DNA from: Selaginella moellendorffii
Lineage: Eukaryota; Plantae; Lycopodiophyta
Direction of reading: 5' to 3'
NCBI RefSeq assembly: GCF_000143415.4
Contig: NW_003314476.1
Location: 1 to 45,678 of the forward strand
DNA length: 45,678 bases
A program made the position numbers and the translations under genes. The notes below the pieces were generated by a model, which was not told the DNA's origin, did no database searches, and saw only the letters and a list, made by a program, of their open reading frames with translations. How positions within the stretch are numbered: position 1 is the first letter of the stretch; each line of letters begins with the position of its first letter. Shown here piece after piece: positions 1 through 11,974 of this stretch.

Positions 1-75
1 TTATCATCCGATGCAGCTACCAACACCTGTGGGGAAACCCGATGTTTTTGGTGATGTAGCTGCATCGGATGATAA
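1..75. repeat. Fold-back inverted repeat (20-bp perfect arms, 35-nt spacer) in kelch gene sequence
   Basis: 1-20 TTATCATCCGATGCAGCTAC is the exact reverse complement of 56-75. The spacer is kelch exon sequence in + orientation. Confidence 0.9.
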
Positions 76-390
76 GAACAAGAAAAAAAAAATCGATAGA
101 ACTCGGAGCTTACCATTATCCAAAACAAAGAGATTGTCGAGCGGGCTGGTTCCATCGGTACCACCAAACACATAGAGCTTAGACCCGACGGCCGTGGAGC
201 TGTGGCTGTCTCGAGGAGAAGGGTGTGTTCCTTTCATCACAGGCTTGCTCCAGGTGTACATCCCTGCGCGATCCCACCAAAAACATGATCAAAACCATTT
301 TTTCCGGAAAACCCAGAAGAGGAAACTTATACCAAAGTCGAAGATGTGCACATCATTGGTCTGGCACTCGTCTGGGCCGTAGCCACTAAA
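59..390 (-). pseudogene. Kelch-repeat protein gene fragment, copy A (plant RABEPK-like kelch type)
   Basis: Exons ~390-333 (GYGPDECQTNDVHIFDF) and 263-114 (MYTWSKPVMKGTHPSPRDSHSSTAVGSKLYVFGGTDG). GT-AG introns at 332-264 and 113-60. Truncated at the inversion. Confidence 0.85.
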
Positions 391-690
391 GTGAACCGTG
401 GGCGAAAATTTCTTTCTTTTTCTCTTGGTTCCACCCTCAAGCACCTGGAACAAACAGGAACTTTAAGCCTCGAAAGAGAGCAAGAGAGTGAAAAACCTTG
501 ATTCTAGTCATGGTTCCAGCCTTGAGAACCTGGAACAAACAGGGACTTGAGAGACTCAAAAGAAGATTGTCATTTTGCGGCACGTGGCCATTAACCACGG
601 TTTCCTGAGCTTTTGAACCGGTAGCAGCTTCAAATCTTCACGTACAGCTGACTGTAGCTCTGAGGTGCTCTGCAATGAAGACCTCATCAA

Positions 691-720
691 ACACACACAC
701 ACACAGAGGCAGAGAGAGAC

Positions 721-758
<38 letters not shown>
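691..758. repeat. Compound (AC)n/(AG)n microsatellite
   Basis: Directly visible dinucleotide runs. Confidence 0.95.
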
Positions 759-761
<3 letters not shown>

Positions 762-925
762 CTTCCCGCAAGCGATGATCGACGCTCTCTCCTCGTGCTC
801 ACGCGCCCTAAAAGACAATTGAAATTTTTTATGATCCCAAAAGTCATGACTCCCCATTGTTTAATCTCAGCCATTAGATTTTGGCATATGCCCAGAATAA
901 GTGTCCCCAGTATACGCTATTATTA

Positions 926-950
926 CTAGCAAGGAATTCAGCTCCGCTGG
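926..950 (-). mobile_element. Helitron 3' terminus (hairpin + CTAG)
   Basis: Minus strand reads CCAGCGGAGCTGAATTCCTTG-CTAG|T. Same spacing as the termini at 4906 and 42435; borders an AT-rich block. Confidence 0.7.
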
Positions 951-3722
951 CTTGGACCAAAATAAGTTTTTGAAAACACTTTACTGGGATAGAAAAGTTA
1001 TAGCTAATAGTGCAACATAGAATAAATTAGTGTGTATTGTATGCTTCTAAGATTTATCATGAGTATTTATAAAATCTATAAGAGTAATAATAATCACAAA
1101 GCCTTTTATAAGAGAAATCAAGTTTACAAATAATTAATTTGCTTTTAATTTGTAATTATTTAAAAATAAATGAAAAAAAGATTAGCAGGGATTCCAGCAG
1201 AAATAAAATCAGGGATCCCAGCTCTGATGGGAAGTAGATATAAAAGTCTGTAAATGTAAATTAGTTTTCTGATATAAAAATATACTTTAATGATACTGTA
1301 AATTAATATTTGTTCATTTTTGAGGTTCTAATAATATTTCCTGAACTTGTGTTACTTAAGTGGTTAATAGATTTAACGTTTTTAGATTGTCATAGCTTAC
1401 CCAGACAAGTTTTGATTGAAGCCAAGCAGGCATTGCAGCCTTGAAGCCTTGGAGGACTTGTACCTTCTATGGAGCACAATCGGTTTGTGCCATACTGCCA
1501 CCAGAAAGGCTTCTTAGTGTAGAAAATATTTTTAACAGTTAGAGAAAAGCATGAATGACAACAGCGAGCCATGTCCTGCCCCACCGAGGACATGACCGTA
1601 TGGCAAGTGCTCGACCTCAAGCACGAATCTTGACATATCCATTCATGCTCTTGCCATTTGAAATAGGTCCTTAGCCCAACATTCATGCTCCTAGCTGCAT
1701 TCCTAGCTTTCTTACTGCTTAGATTCATGGTATCTAATGATACCATGCAGAGGTAGCCATGAGGTGCTGGTTTTTATCCTCTCAATGCTTTCAGAGTAGA
1801 GTTCCCTTGCAAAGCCCTACTTTCACAACATTGTTTTCTTTGGGGAAGAAGTATGTGGTCATGGCAGCTCCCAGGATCAAAGAGTATCTCAGGGTTGAGT
1901 AATGGTAGAAAGTTCTAAGCAAGTTTTACTGCTCATTCAATCTGGAAGCCTGCTACTCATCGGGAGAAGATTGGAAATCTAGGAGACACTATCTACTCCT
2001 AGAGAGGTCTCTGCTGGAACCAGCAATGCTATAGGTTGGGTCCAGAAAAATGCTGTTATGTCATCCCTTGAGAGGAGCAGTGAGGACATATCCAAGTTAT
2101 AGCCACCAAAAATAGGGTGACAAAAGATGAGGCTTTGGAGATGATGTGACCCAGGAATGAACAATGAGTCAGCAAGGGCTGCTGTGTGATGAGGCACACC
2201 TCTGAAGTTACTCCAGTTCAATCCCAAAGTGGATCTTTGTGCCATATGATAGGCTTTTCTCTTGAATGAATCACCTAGAGAAAGTATTGGTCCTGCTATG
2301 TTATCAGTCTGGTCCTCAAAAAAAGGCCTCCAAGACTACCGAGCAGTTTCTCACCATTGAATCCAATGAAACTTTCAAAAGTGATGGGTAAGAGAAATCA
2401 GATAGAAAGTGTCATTGACTTAGCTAAGTTCGTGATCAATGTCTACTACAGTATCATGAGTGTGCGAGATCTGATGAACCCTGCTCATGAAGCATGATGG
2501 AAGTGATCTCTTCAGCAAGATTGAGAGCTTTGTAATTGGCAGCCGCGGTCTCCTTGGCCTTTTGAACAGCGTAGTCTTCCAGCTCCTGCATGCTCTCATC
2601 CTCCAAAGAATCAAAATGGACAAGTGGGACAAGGGGTAGACTTCTAGACCATAAATATGCAAGGACCATGTAATCAGTTTTAAAACACTGCTTCCACATG
2701 TGATTGCTTCTGAGTGTTCACTTTTGCAAGCCTCAAAGTTTTTCACCAGGATCATTCCAAAGAACCAAAGTGAAGTAGTGGTCTCCTAAAATTTTGTATA
2801 TTTAATTCGTTATCATAAATTTAAAGAGCTTGCTAATCACTCACAATTCAATAAGTGGGACACAATAAGATGAGGAAGTAGAGAAACTTGATCCATTTCC
2901 ACAGTTCCACTGGAAGCTGGACAGTGCCAGAGAGTGTTTTCCTTTTCATCTTGAGCAAAGCTTCCAATCAGGTTTACAAGGCATACTTGACAAAATGTTT
3001 CACTTAATCTTCTAGAAAACAGTACAAACAAGAAGAAACAGGGCGAGAATGGAAAATCAGTTACTTGCTCCTACTTTGAGTCTGAAAATTGTAGGCACTG
3101 CTGCTCCCATGACCTCAGCAGTAACTTTAAAACACAAGAGAAAATAATATTTTTGTTCTTACAGTAGCAATGCTTCTATTGCAGTTTGGGATCTGCTAAA
3201 GGAAATACTGAAATGGTCATTGTCATTGAGCGCACAAACCAACCAAGATATGTGATGAACACTAGATCTGTTGCTGTGTGAGTGCAGGAGGACACTCGAA
3301 TTGGAGCACTCAATGCTTTCATATTCACAATTCTGGCACTGGTGCAGCGCTTTTAAGGATTTTCTGGTCAGAGAATAAATCAAAAGCTGTAACTCAAGCT
3401 GGAATAGGACATTGGATTCAAAGATATACAATTTCAGACAAGTTTAGCTTTGGAGATATAGAATTGGCAATTACCGGATCATGATCCATTGAAGTTTTTG
3501 AACTTATCTTCCAAAACAATTTAGATAGTCACTTTCATAGCTTGTTTTTCAATGTGACGATTGACATGCTTGCCAAGATCCAGGGAGCTTATTTCATGGA
3601 AGGGACTCAAAGGTGCCATACTCCTGCGGTAAAATATGCATGATGAAATTATGAACAGAAACCATAGAGACACATACCTCGCACATAAAGAAGCACTGAG
3701 TGTATGCGTGAGGTCATCAAAG

Positions 3723-3794
3723 CTGATCAAAGCTGCTTGAGATAAGAAAGCGGATCAACAGCCCACCTTTGCAGAGATTGTCTGGAGACTATGA
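3723..3794 (+). pseudogene. Protein kinase C-terminal (subdomain XI-like) fragment
   Basis: Translates LIKAA*DKKADQQPTFAEIVWRL*, resembling the LI..CW....RPTF.EI..RL motif. Confidence 0.4.
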
Positions 3795-4009
3795 AAGTCT
3801 GTTGATTGGCTGTTGCCCAGTTACTTTGTCTTTAAAATAAGCAGTAGAAAGTCAAGACACGGAATCATCTTGAAGCATATCTTAAATCATCGATGTGCTC
3901 TAGACTATCATTTTCTCTAGAGTTCCAAATTTCCTGTGGATGCAAAGAAAAGGTTAAGGAGCAGCTATGTAAATTGCAGGAATAGAAGGAATGGAAGTGG
4001 TTTACACAA

Positions 4010-4460
4010 AACGGGTTTTGCATTGGTCCCCGATGCTCGTTTTGGGGTAGTGCTCAAGTGGACGCTAGAAAATGCAGTAGAGAGGAACAGGGAGCTTCTA
4101 CTGTTTTCCATGTATGATCTGTTGTCTGAACAATTGCAAAATTCTGGTAAGTCACTCTTTAGAAACATCACTTGGATCTTACAAATTGCGTAGGTTGGAA
4201 GAGTACCTGTCTCGCAAGTTTTGAAGGAAACACTTGCATATATGGCAACCAAGGATGCCAGACAGCGAACTTCTCTCAGGAGCTGCAAAATGTCTACAGA
4301 CGTTACAAAGTCCGATTGGCTTGCTGAAAACTCAAAGGAAACACTTGACTTACAGGTGAAAGCAGAATTTGTTCTTGTAGAGAGCGATGATGTTGATAAG
4401 TCTCTGGTGGAGCAAATTGAGAAGTACCAAGAGACAACGTTCATTCTTGGAGAGTCCTGA
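4010..4460 (+). pseudogene. USP-like N-terminal (STK_N) domain fragment of plant U-box/kinase proteins (PUB33/35 type)
   Basis: VLKWTLEN...ELLL and VKAEFVLVESDDVDKSLVEQIEKYQETTFILG. GT-AG intron at ~4147-4193; stop at 4458-4460. Confidence 0.6.
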
Positions 4461-4905
4461 ACAAACCTTCTGAAAGTATGCAAGCTTGTTTCCTGCAATG
4501 TGACAGACAGTTTTAGTACCTTTCATAAGAAGATTGAGGTTGAGAGTTTCAGACTACGTTCAGAAATATGCTCCATGCTCCATATTACTGTACTGTGCAG
4601 TGCATATCAAAATTCTCGAAATTGATGTTCAGGAATGCTTCACCATCACACTGCTGCAGAAATTTGATCACTCGTCCAAAATTCATCTCCTGCTCATCCA
4701 AGTGTGAGCCTCAATCTGTTGCTCCGCTTCCAAAAAAATACACAAAACCTAAAACTTGTGAAGCGTTCCACTTTCAACTGTTTTTCCCACATGTCTTCAT
4801 CTCCACCATTAAGCTCAAAAAGAATCTTGATTGAATATGTCGCCATTACTCTTTTAAATATAAAAGGAAGGATGATACAGGTTTTTTCGTTTAAATATAT
4901 GAGTA

Positions 4906-4931
4906 CTAGCAGAGACCCTAGCTCCGCTGGG
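4906..4931 (-). mobile_element. Helitron 3' terminus (hairpin + CTAG)
   Basis: Minus strand reads CCCAGCGGAGCTAGGGTCTCTG-CTAG|T. Confidence 0.8.
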
Positions 4932-7622
4932 AGATATAGCATACCCAAGATAAATAGATCTTCTTTTCTAATTTTATTGTATACAAGGTTAAATTTATTA
5001 GATGCATTATAATTTATTATCAGATAAATGATAAATCAGAAATCATAGATGAATTCTCAATAAAAAATTTAGTTATAATTCCATTGTTGTGAATATTCAA
5101 GTGACAATAGAAATGATGACTAAAATATATTATTCCCCCTTTCATTTATATTCTGAGGCTCTCGCTCGAGAAGCTCTCATATTCAAAGCTTGATTTTAGA
5201 TCTTGATATAGTTTATCTCTGGGAGGTATAGCATACCAAAGATAGATAAATCTTGTTTTTCTAGTTTTACAGTTTTAGAAATTTTTCTTGTATATAAAGT
5301 TAGATTTATCTAAAATTTTTTACTATTCATCTCAAGGGAAATGCACAATAATTCAAAAAGATAATAAAGCAAGTGTTGGGGAAGATAAGATCATTTTTTA
5401 TCATCATTAAATTTAAATTTGATGTTTTTATTACCTTTATAACATGGTGTACAACCCTAAACAAATCTACAGAATTGCTGTCATGCTTGAAAAGCAATTG
5501 AGTTTTCACAAAACCAAAGAATCATAGACTACCAAAAAATTAATAGGTTAGTTTGAGAAATTATAATTTTAACTGCATACTGAGTTAAATTCTTTTTATC
5601 TGAACTATAATAATGCCTCTAACATTCATAGTTTACTAAAGAATAATAGAATTTCTATTATGTGTCTGGCTTTACATTTTAAAACATACATAAATATCTA
5701 TCTATCTTGCTACCACATTTATATTAAACCTCATAAGCTGAATCGTTTAGATTCTAGATTCCAGAGCAAACTAATATTCTCTTTTATATTCATCCAAAGA
5801 TAATAATTACATTAGAGATATAATTTTGTATTAAGACAAATCTGTATTACTGCTTCATGATAAAATTATAAATTCATTTCTGATATAAGATGTGGTATCT
5901 AATATGGTATAAGATATCTCATACACATACAAATATCAAATCAATTCCTTAATAATATCTGAAAATTTAGCAAAGACTTTTATATTTTTATTTAATCTTC
6001 TTGCTCATAACCTACTTAAATCTATCGTCGACTTTATATGAGTTTTATCTTTTGTCTAAATATTGAAAAAATGATTTATTTTCTATAGTTAAAACATGCA
6101 TTATATAAGTCCGGCAAATATAGCTCCACTGGCAAATATAGAAATAATATTTTTAAAATATTTATATGAGATTTTTTATAAAATTAAATTATTAATACAC
6201 CTATAATGCAGAACATACTTTAACATTGATCAAGAGTGTGTAAGACATTTTGTACCTTATAATATAAAAGATAACTGCTATGAAATTCAAATGATGAAGA
6301 GACAAAATACTTGAGAAGGAAAAACATAGAAGAAATTTTTAAAAATAAGGATTAAAAATGTTAGAAAGAGATTTCTAAATGAACTTCTCATGAAAAAGAG
6401 TTTCAGGTTAAACATTAGTAGAACAACTTCCAATTAAATATCTAGATTGTTAGGAATAAATTTGAAAATATTAAACTAAGATTTCTCAAGATTATATTTA
6501 GATGATATCATCCTAGAAGTTATGATTATAAAAGCTTATAGATGTTATGACTTTGAAAGCTTTAATAAACTCTGAAACCTGCAACAATTTTATTCAAGAT
6601 TGTGTCTAGCCAACGGAGTTTAAATTATATATACATAAAATTGAAAAACAATTCAGTTTAAATATAAAATTGAAATTAATATAATAAAACTGCATTTATC
6701 TAAATTATAACATTTAGATAAATATAAATATAGTAAGCAGCTAGTTTTGCAGCAACCTCAGCATCACCATAATTAGAGTATCATCACAATCGGGCAGATC
6801 TCGTCAAAAGGAGCTTGTGGATCTTTGCGTGGTCAGATTCATATCAGATCATTCATATATTAATTTATTAAATTTAAGGCTTTAAATTTTTTTTATAAAG
6901 GCTTAAATTTATATAATGATAAATGTATGGTAAGGTTTGACTCTATACTGGGCTGCAGATTTGATTATTTACAACCCTTTTCTTTATGCTAGAACAATAA
7001 TATATCGGCAAATTCATGAATAGTATATTGATACATTTCATATATGTAAGTTTCAATTGATGATGAATGAAGTAAATCTTAGAATATATCTTAGGCGTGA
7101 CAACTCAATGTATTTAATTTCCATATTATATTATTAAGTACCATTAGATTACTGATAAAAACTAAATTATTATACAGAAGAAGAAGCTAGAAATATTAAG
7201 TTTTCTATTTTAAGTTAGAATATATCATATTGTTATATACACTATTTTCTTCATATTATACTTTAAAATATTTTTATGATTGATGAATTCTATGTTTTCA
7301 AAAAATTACATATAATAAATTCTCTATAAGTACATAGTATGTTATTTTATTTTTATAGTATTTTTATATTTTTATTTGACATCCTCCCCATTTATAGTAT
7401 TTATATTCATACTTTTAAGAGTAACTAATGAAAAGTTAAAATATTATATTATATATCATTATCATTATTTCTGTATATAGTTTTATATAAAGATAATGCT
7501 AATATGAATTAAGATTATTATGTCTATGTTTCAATTATTTTTATTCAATATTATTGCATTATAACAATGTTATTGAGGAGCTGTAATAGGTGGAGCTATT
7601 CAACTCTTCTATTGAATAGAAG
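4932..7622 (-). repeat. AT-rich Helitron 3' subterminal block
   Basis: ~6920-7035 and ~7185-7270 match ~43290-43410 and ~43610-43695 in the same orientation; both blocks start at a hairpin-CTAG end. Confidence 0.7.
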
Positions 7623-8091
7623 NNNNNNNNNNNNNNNNNNNNNNNNNNNNNNNNNNNNNNNNNNNNNNNNNNNNNNNNNNNNNNNNNNNNNNNNNNNNNN
7701 NNNNNNNNNNNNNNNNNNNNNNNNNNNNNNNNNNNNNNNNNNNNNNNNNNNNNNNNNNNNNNNNNNNNNNNNNNNNNNNNNNNNNNNNNNNNNNNNNNNN
7801 NNNNNNNNNNNNNNNNNNNNNNNNNNNNNNNNNNNNNNNNNNNNNNNNNNNNNNNNNNNNNNNNNNNNNNNNNNNNNNNNNNNNNNNNNNNNNNNNNNNN
7901 NNNNNNNNNNNNNNNNNNNNNNNNNNNNNNNNNNNNNNNNNNNNNNNNNNNNNNNNNNNNNNNNNNNNNNNNNNNNNNNNNNNNNNNNNNNNNNNNNNNN
8001 NNNNNNNNNNNNNNNNNNNNNNNNNNNNNNNNNNNNNNNNNNNNNNNNNNNNNNNNNNNNNNNNNNNNNNNNNNNNNNNNNNNNNNNNNNN
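7623..8091. other. Assembly gap (N run)
   Basis: Run of N. Confidence 1.
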
Positions 8092-8569
8092 TAGCTTTGG
8101 TAGGTGTTAGTTCTGTTTAGATCATCATGCAACGATGCTGTTTCTTATTGATAAGTATTTCTGGTTTTTTTTTTTTTTGTATTCAAGCAAACATAGCAAT
8201 AGCACAATAGAATAGAGATTCTTGTATGTGCAAGTCACTCTTTTTTTCTGTTTTACTGTTTTCTGCCTGCACGTTTCCTTTTAAATGTTTTAAGTGTTTT
8301 TAGGATTGTGATCTAGAACGACATATAGACTTTTTTGTTTTTTACCTAATACCTTTACGAGAGAGAGCAAAACACTAAATAAAATCAAACACGGAAATCA
8401 TTTCTATGCCCTGAGTTAATGTACAAATATCATGTACTGAATCAAACCAAGCTCATGGCTTCAAAGGTGTGTCTATAAACACGTACATACACAACAGTTG
8501 TCTTATTCCTTCAGAAATGGCTTTTTTAAAAACAGTTCATGGCTTTGTCTGTAAGAAAGTAGAGTAGGC

Positions 8570-8805
8570 TGCCATGTAGAGCTCCAATCCTTGTTCTCCA
8601 CCACCTCAGCTGCCATGTACTTCGCTGTTGTGATATCTCCTAAAGGTGCTGATCACCACTTTCTCGCACATGTTTAGCTTGGAAAGAATGTTGTCAAGCT
8701 TGAGATCCTGGTGACCCACGCCTCTCAAATAAATCTATTTGAAAGTCTTTACCAGCTGCTTCATGATTCTGGCTGCTTTCTCCTCACCAATCTTCTTGCA
8801 AATAT
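8570..8805 (-). pseudogene. Ser/Thr kinase fragment (CAMK group, PPCK/CDPK-like)
   Basis: EEKAARIMKQLVKTFK*IYLRGVGHQDLKLDNIL (degenerate HRDLKxxN), followed by KYMAAEVVENK. Confidence 0.65.
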
Positions 8806-8909
8806 GCTATATTTAAAAGACCACATAATTATGGAATAACGCCTTAAGAAATGAAGGCAATATTTCCACCAATGAACGTAACCACTTGCCCGTGCCCTGT
8901 CCAAAATGA

Positions 8910-9351
8910 GACTCAGACAACACTACAAAGTCGGCAAACTTTCCTTGCGTCAGCAACCCAACCAAATCCTCTACTGCAGCTGCATACACAGCCGAGGATG
9001 TGTACCTGTGAATCCAAAAACATGAACTGCATTTCAGTTTTCTCATCTGTTTTCTCTTACCCTGCCACTGCGTCCCATGCAGAAATCCTTTCCTCGGGAA
9101 TCCAGGGATGACTCCAGCCCGAAGGTGTTCTCTCCATGGCAGTGCAGATCCCTCCAACTGGATTCACGGCTACCACCTTGAGACAAACCATTCACGTAAT
9201 GCCAAAGAAAAAGTAATTGACAGGCTTACAGGCCAGTCAGATCCTAACCACGCTACCGTTTTCGAGGGACCAGAGGTTATAAGATCCACATGAGTGCCTC
9301 CTAACCAAATTTCTTCACGGCGTAGTAAGCATCATCTAGAAGTTGCTCTGG
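8910..9351 (-). pseudogene. LAF3/YtcJ-like amidohydrolase 3' exons
   Basis: PEQLLDDAYYAVKKFG*, LGSDWP|V, HPWIPEERIS, YTSSAVYAAAVEDLVGLLTQGKFADFVVLS, with short GT-AG introns. Confidence 0.8.
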
Positions 9352-9481
9352 CTGTACAAAAATATAGGGTTTTGCAATGGAGGCTAAATGCAGTCATCTG
9401 CGTCGATGCGCACAATGCATGGTTTCTTCGGACTCCTCTCAAAGCAACTCACAATCTATGTGTGTGGGTGTGGATATCACT

Positions 9482-9620
9482 AAGGAGGATGGTGTCCGTG
9501 CTGTAGGGCTTGCTATACTCGTCCACCACTGTCATGTTATGGTTGGCTATGAAGAAGAAGAGTTCCATATTGAGAGGAGGAAGAGGTATTTCTTGCTAGT
9601 GATGGCATTCAAGTGTAAAC
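9482..9620 (-). pseudogene. Laccase (multicopper oxidase domain 2) fragment
   Basis: KKYL...NMELFFFIANHNMTVVDEYSKPYSTDTILL resembles the plant laccase ELFFxIANHxLTVVExDAxYxKPxxTDTILI motif. Confidence 0.75.
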
Positions 9621-9795
9621 TTCTATGAGAGAACAAAAAGAATAGCTCCTGAGCAGACCACCAACATCATCATCACTATGGACCAGCCATGTGATACTTC
9701 ATGTCCATGGTGTTATAAATGCCGGTGTAGCAAGTCCCCAACACCACCACCACCACCACTGCCGCTGGTGCCAAAAGAATTCTCACCGGGTTGAG

Positions 9796-9975
9796 AACTC
9801 TTTATTTAAAATTGTTATTTTGGCATTAGCAACACATATTTCATTTTAAGAATATTCAATTTTACTTATGGTGGATGCTCCCAATCAGACAGACTACATC
9901 TGTGACACTCCAAAATAATGGTGAGGATCATTATATGGTGGCAAAAATGGTGGTGCCTCTTGAATTCTAGATTCG
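9796..9975 (+). mobile_element. Copy of Helitron 5' terminal sequence (terminal TC degenerate)
   Basis: AACTCTTTATTTAAAATTGTTATTTTGGCATTAGCAACACATATT... aligns over >100 bp with the minus-strand 5' end at 42434. Confidence 0.75.
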
Positions 9976-10140
9976 TAGCTTTAGAAATTTTAGGTTTATG
10001 AAAGAAACCAAATTTATCAAGCAAGATCCTGCAGTTCTTTGCAGATCTTGGGTATTGAAATTTGAAGCCAGGTATGATGAATTTGTAATCACTTTTCTTC
10101 TTTTTTTGTACACTAATGCCATGTCGATCTGTTGCAGTTG

Positions 10141-10394
10141 CTCTATTGTTAAGGAATTGAAAGGAAGAGAATTTATGGGTTGTATTCTTGCAGTGATCTG
10201 GGTGGAGTAAGATCCTAAGATTTTGTGTTTTACAATTGTTTTACAGTTTTGGAGCCGATCGAAATAGCCAATATTTGCTAGAAGCTTCACAGCGAGGAGC
10301 ATAATACCAATGCAGCAGCTTTGCACAGTGGTGCTCTTGATTTATTGTCACTGCAGCCACTGATATGAACATGACTGGCCACTCAATCAATCAG
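10141..10394 (+). repeat. Dispersed repeat, direct copy of 26131-26349
   Basis: Shared blocks GAAAGG.AGAGAATTTATGG, ACAGTTTTGGAGCCGATC, CAGTGGTGCTCT, GCCACT.ATATGAAC.TGACTGGC. Confidence 0.85.
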
Positions 10395-11825
10395 TGCATG
10401 AGTAGTATCAATGTCTACTTACAAACTGGATTGAAAGAGACTGAAGTTTAAATTGATTTGTATCTGAGAGAAAGACAAGGTCCTTGACTGACAAACCACA
10501 CTCCTTGAAGTTTTAATAAGAGCTGATGCAATCCAAAAATAGAGATTTTAAGGTGTTGCCACATTCCTAGATAGAAACTCTTCCATCGTAGCATCTGGTT
10601 GGGACTTGGTAATATTTTCCTCCCCGTCTTAGAAATTTATTCAGCATTTCTAAAAAACACCTACTGGTATCGTCTTGTCCTAACTAGCATACTGCTCAAA
10701 GTGTCCATGATGATCCTCTTAGCCTAAGGAAAGGATCTAGAGTAGCTGTGGATAGCCATACTTACATCTGAACTCTCACCGTTAGCCAAAGCACCCAAGC
10801 TTAGTGACAGCAGAAGCAAACCAAAATGTTCCCTCTCCAACTTCAATCTTCTCCTCTCGTTTGGCAGTCTTGATCTGGAATAATGCTACCTTTTTTGTGA
10901 GGAGGAGCTGGCAGTGATAGGAAAGTGGTCAAAGATTTTGCAGAATATATCATAGAGATAATGCTACAGTGCATTGTCAAGCAAGCTGTGAAACTATGAT
11001 TGAATCAGAGTGCCCATGCTTGTCATGGGAATGGCCACCACACAATTATATGCAGTAGAGCACTATCACCAAAGCAGGTAGCAGGTGCCCATTCAGCTGG
11101 AACAAAAACAAACAATCATTCATACTCAGCAGATTTCTTTGTTCTTTTGGCAGGAAGACTCTCGATATACAACTAGAATGCTGCATGGATTGCCAAAGAG
11201 AGTCAGTTCTGGTTATGTTCTTCCTCGTTTCTTTATCTTTTATACATAGAACAAGATGCACACTGTATCCGTGTAAGTGGTTCAATCTTGCTTATCAAGA
11301 CTGCAAGCTCAATCTCTTCTCAATCGCTATGTCTTGGCATCTCTTTTTCTGCTATCTTCGTGCATCCTCAGGTAACAATAAGGTTCAAATATAAAGGGAA
11401 AGGGCTTACTTTGCTTCGTGGAAGTCATGCTCAGATCCAGCTGCTTAGTTTGTTGCTGTTTTTGAAATCTCTCCTTGAGAGCAAAGGTTGCAAAGGAGCT
11501 TCTGGAAGAAGAATTGAGTAGAAAAACTCACAAAGTCACTTTATTAGCATCCACAATGTCAGTGGGAAGAAGGATGAAGCAAAGCATTGTGAGACTAGAC
11601 CAGATGATAAGAGTTTGATCATTCAGTTGTCATGATGCCAAAAGTCCCTATGATTGCTTTAGTACTTCTCAAAGCTCATGTATAGAACAGCTTGTGTGCC
11701 AAACAAATCCTTGCTAGGCAAGGGAAGTGATTGATTTCTACCACAAGCAAGTGTCTAAAGCAAGAAAGAAAATATAATAGAGATTGCTACTTATTTGAAT
11801 ATATAAATGTCATTATATTAAAAAG

Positions 11826-11959
11826 TGTGAGTGCTTGGAATATGGAAAGGGAATATAAAAAATGTGCATATCAATTAGCCCAAAACTCTAGCTTATATAT
11901 AGAAGCGAGTGGTCTAGATTGAAACCAATCCAACAACTACTAAAATCCCACTATGCTAA
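11826..11959 (-). repeat. 3' LTR (truncated at inner end)
   Basis: Matches 14139-14273 and joins directly to RT sequence. Confidence 0.85.
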
Positions 11960-11974
11960 AACCAAACGGTGTAT

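Larger units (their letters stand above)
926..4905 (-). mobile_element. Putative non-autonomous Helitron (~4 kb) carrying gene fragments
   Basis: Starts at 4905 with TACTCATATATTTAAACG (resembles the 23798 5' end, but lacks TC) and ends in hairpin+CTAG at 926. Confidence 0.5.

Noticed and set aside
556-929. ORFs with SLSLSL/RERERE tracts (also 19880-20131 and 23893-24277)
   Set aside because: Translations of microsatellites.
3965-4498. 177-aa minus ORF, and similar antisense ORFs (18736-19218, 35775-36071, 38107-38319)
   Set aside because: Shadows of the coding sequence on the opposite strand.
7567-8132. Long ORFs of 140-364 aa here and at 30254-31348
   Set aside because: Their length comes from N runs; only 31374-30829 has real coding signal.
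10916-10950. DRKVVKDFAEY resembling GH1 beta-glucosidase
   Set aside because: Too short, and the flanks do not continue the match.
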